Assembly: GCA_964437135.1 (NCBI GenBank)
Contig: CAYTFO010000001.1
Coordinates: forward strand, 1-53,798
Reading direction: 5' to 3'
Source: an uncultured Roseivirgaceae bacterium
Lineage (GTDB): Bacteria > Bacteroidota > Bacteroidia > Cytophagales > Cyclobacteriaceae
Length of the DNA stretch: 53,798 nucleotides
The position numbers were made by a program, and so were the translations under genes. The notes beneath the pieces are model-generated. The model was not told the origin of the DNA. It worked only from the letters and a program-made list of their open reading frames with translations, and made no database searches. This document shows, in pieces, positions 52,805 through 53,798 of this stretch. The stretch's first letter is position 1. Every line of letters starts with the position of its first letter.

Positions 52805-53798
52805 ATGAATATTACAAGCTTAAATCTTCAATATTTTAAGAACTATGATTTACTAAAAATCAGTTTTTCTAACCGGTTAAACTGCCTTTTGGGGAAAAAT
52901 GGCGCAGGTAAAACCAATATCTTAGATGCCATTCATTATCTGGCATTTACAAAAAGTGCTTTTAATTCTGTTGATTCACAGAATATCAATCACAACGCTC
53001 AATATTTTCGGATTGAAGGAAGTTTTACCAGTGACAAGGAGCATAGAATACTCTGCTACCTTGAAAAGGGTCAAAAAAAAGAGTTTCGTTTGGATAATAT
53101 TAGCTACGAACGTATTTCAGACCACATTGGAAAAGTGCAAGTAGTACTTCATACCCCTTATGATACTGAATTGATCCGTGAGACCTCAGAATCTCGAAGA
53201 AAATGGATAGATGGTTGTATTTCACAATATGACCACCATTACCTTGAAGCACTTCTCAATTATCAGAAAATTCTTCGTCAGCGAAACTCATTGTTAAAAT
53301 TAACGGATGGGTCTCTTAATGACTCAAATAAAACATTATTGGATACGTATGATGATCAGCTAATCCCGTTGTCTATAGAACTAGCTAAAAAAAGGTCAGA
53401 AATAGTAAAAGAGCTAAATCCTTTCTTTGAAAGATACCTGTCATCTATAGTTCCCGAATCTGAAGAATGTACAATTACATACAATACGAAAATATTGGGG
53501 GATGATTTCAGGGAGGAATTTAGTAGAGCAAGAAAAAAAGACCTTATACTGCAAAGAACTACGCTTGGAGCTCATCGGGATGATTATGTTTTTTCAATCA
53601 ATGACAGGTCCATTAAGAAATTTGGTTCGCAGGGTCAGCAGAAATCTTTTTTGATTGCTTTGCGACTTGGGCAATACGATCATCTTAAATCAAAAAGTGG
53701 AAAAACCCCAATCCTTATGCTGGATGATGTATTTGACAAGCTGGATGATCAACGAATTGAAAATTTGATAAGCCTCCTAAATGATCCGGAAAGGTTTT
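52805..53798 (+). CDS. recF: DNA replication and repair protein RecF (3' end runs off the window)
   Basis: This ORF is not in the supplied track because it is open at the window edge. My translation from ATG 52805 is MNITSLNLQYFKNYDLLKISFSNRLNCLLGKNGAGKTNILDAIHYL..., which includes the Walker A motif. Later blocks are GAHRDD, GSQGQQKSF and ILMLDDVFDKLD. Confidence 0.9.
   Translation, partial: MNITSLNLQYFKNYDLLKISFSNRLNCLLGKNGAGKTNILDAIHYLAFTKSAFNSVDSQNINHNAQYFRIEGSFTSDKEHRILCYLEKGQKKEFRLDNISYERISDHIGKVQVVLHTPYDTELIRETSESRRKWIDGCISQYDHHYLEALLNYQKILRQRNSLLKLTDGSLNDSNKTLLDTYDDQLIPLSIELAKKRSEIVKELNPFFERYLSSIVPESEECTITYNTKILGDDFREEFSRARKKDLILQRTTLGAHRDDYVFSINDRSIKKFGSQGQQKSFLIALRLGQYDHLKSKSGKTPILMLDDVFDKLDDQRIENLISLLNDPERF

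Overview
AT-rich chromosomal segment of Bacteroidota type. Supporting signs are a T9SS C-terminal sorting domain, TAnnTTTG-like promoter boxes, a DUF4783-nadC pair, a fused 2-oxoacid dehydrogenase E1 alpha/beta, and a CoaX/OMP/TPR/LptC/CNNM/PpiD envelope cluster. About 55 tightly packed protein genes are present, many with 1-11 nt overlaps. Most are core housekeeping genes: lipA, an ldh-like gene, ispF, mnmD, gpmI, nadC, recX, rsmI, coaX, anmK, gdh, lysC, ribH, pdhA and a 3'-truncated recF. I saw no rRNA, tRNA, CRISPR array, transposase or integrase. Two parts look accessory. (1) At the left edge, a mazEF-type toxin-antitoxin pair is bracketed by two convergent, paralogous small coiled-coil ORFs. 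(2) At 3.5-13 kb, a 2205-aa mosaic adhesin-like T9SS cargo protein lies directly downstream of a small GT2-like glycosyltransferase. That gene is divergently paired with a 630-aa TPR-less GT41 enzyme whose conserved blocks resemble the HMW1C/NGT cytoplasmic N-glycosyltransferases. This adhesin plus two-glycosyltransferase locus is my best candidate for an undescribed system: cytoplasmic N-glycosylation of a T9SS substrate. It rests on motif recognition from memory and gene context only. Smaller oddities are a lipoprotein gene split by an in-frame TAA, a very basic repeat protein with a 63-nt near-perfect internal DNA repeat coupled to ytxJ, an LDH-family enzyme with a non-canonical specificity loop, a DinB-like/ATP-grasp/LysE cassette, a duplicated 28-nt intergenic motif, and terminator-like hairpins that abut the next start codon.
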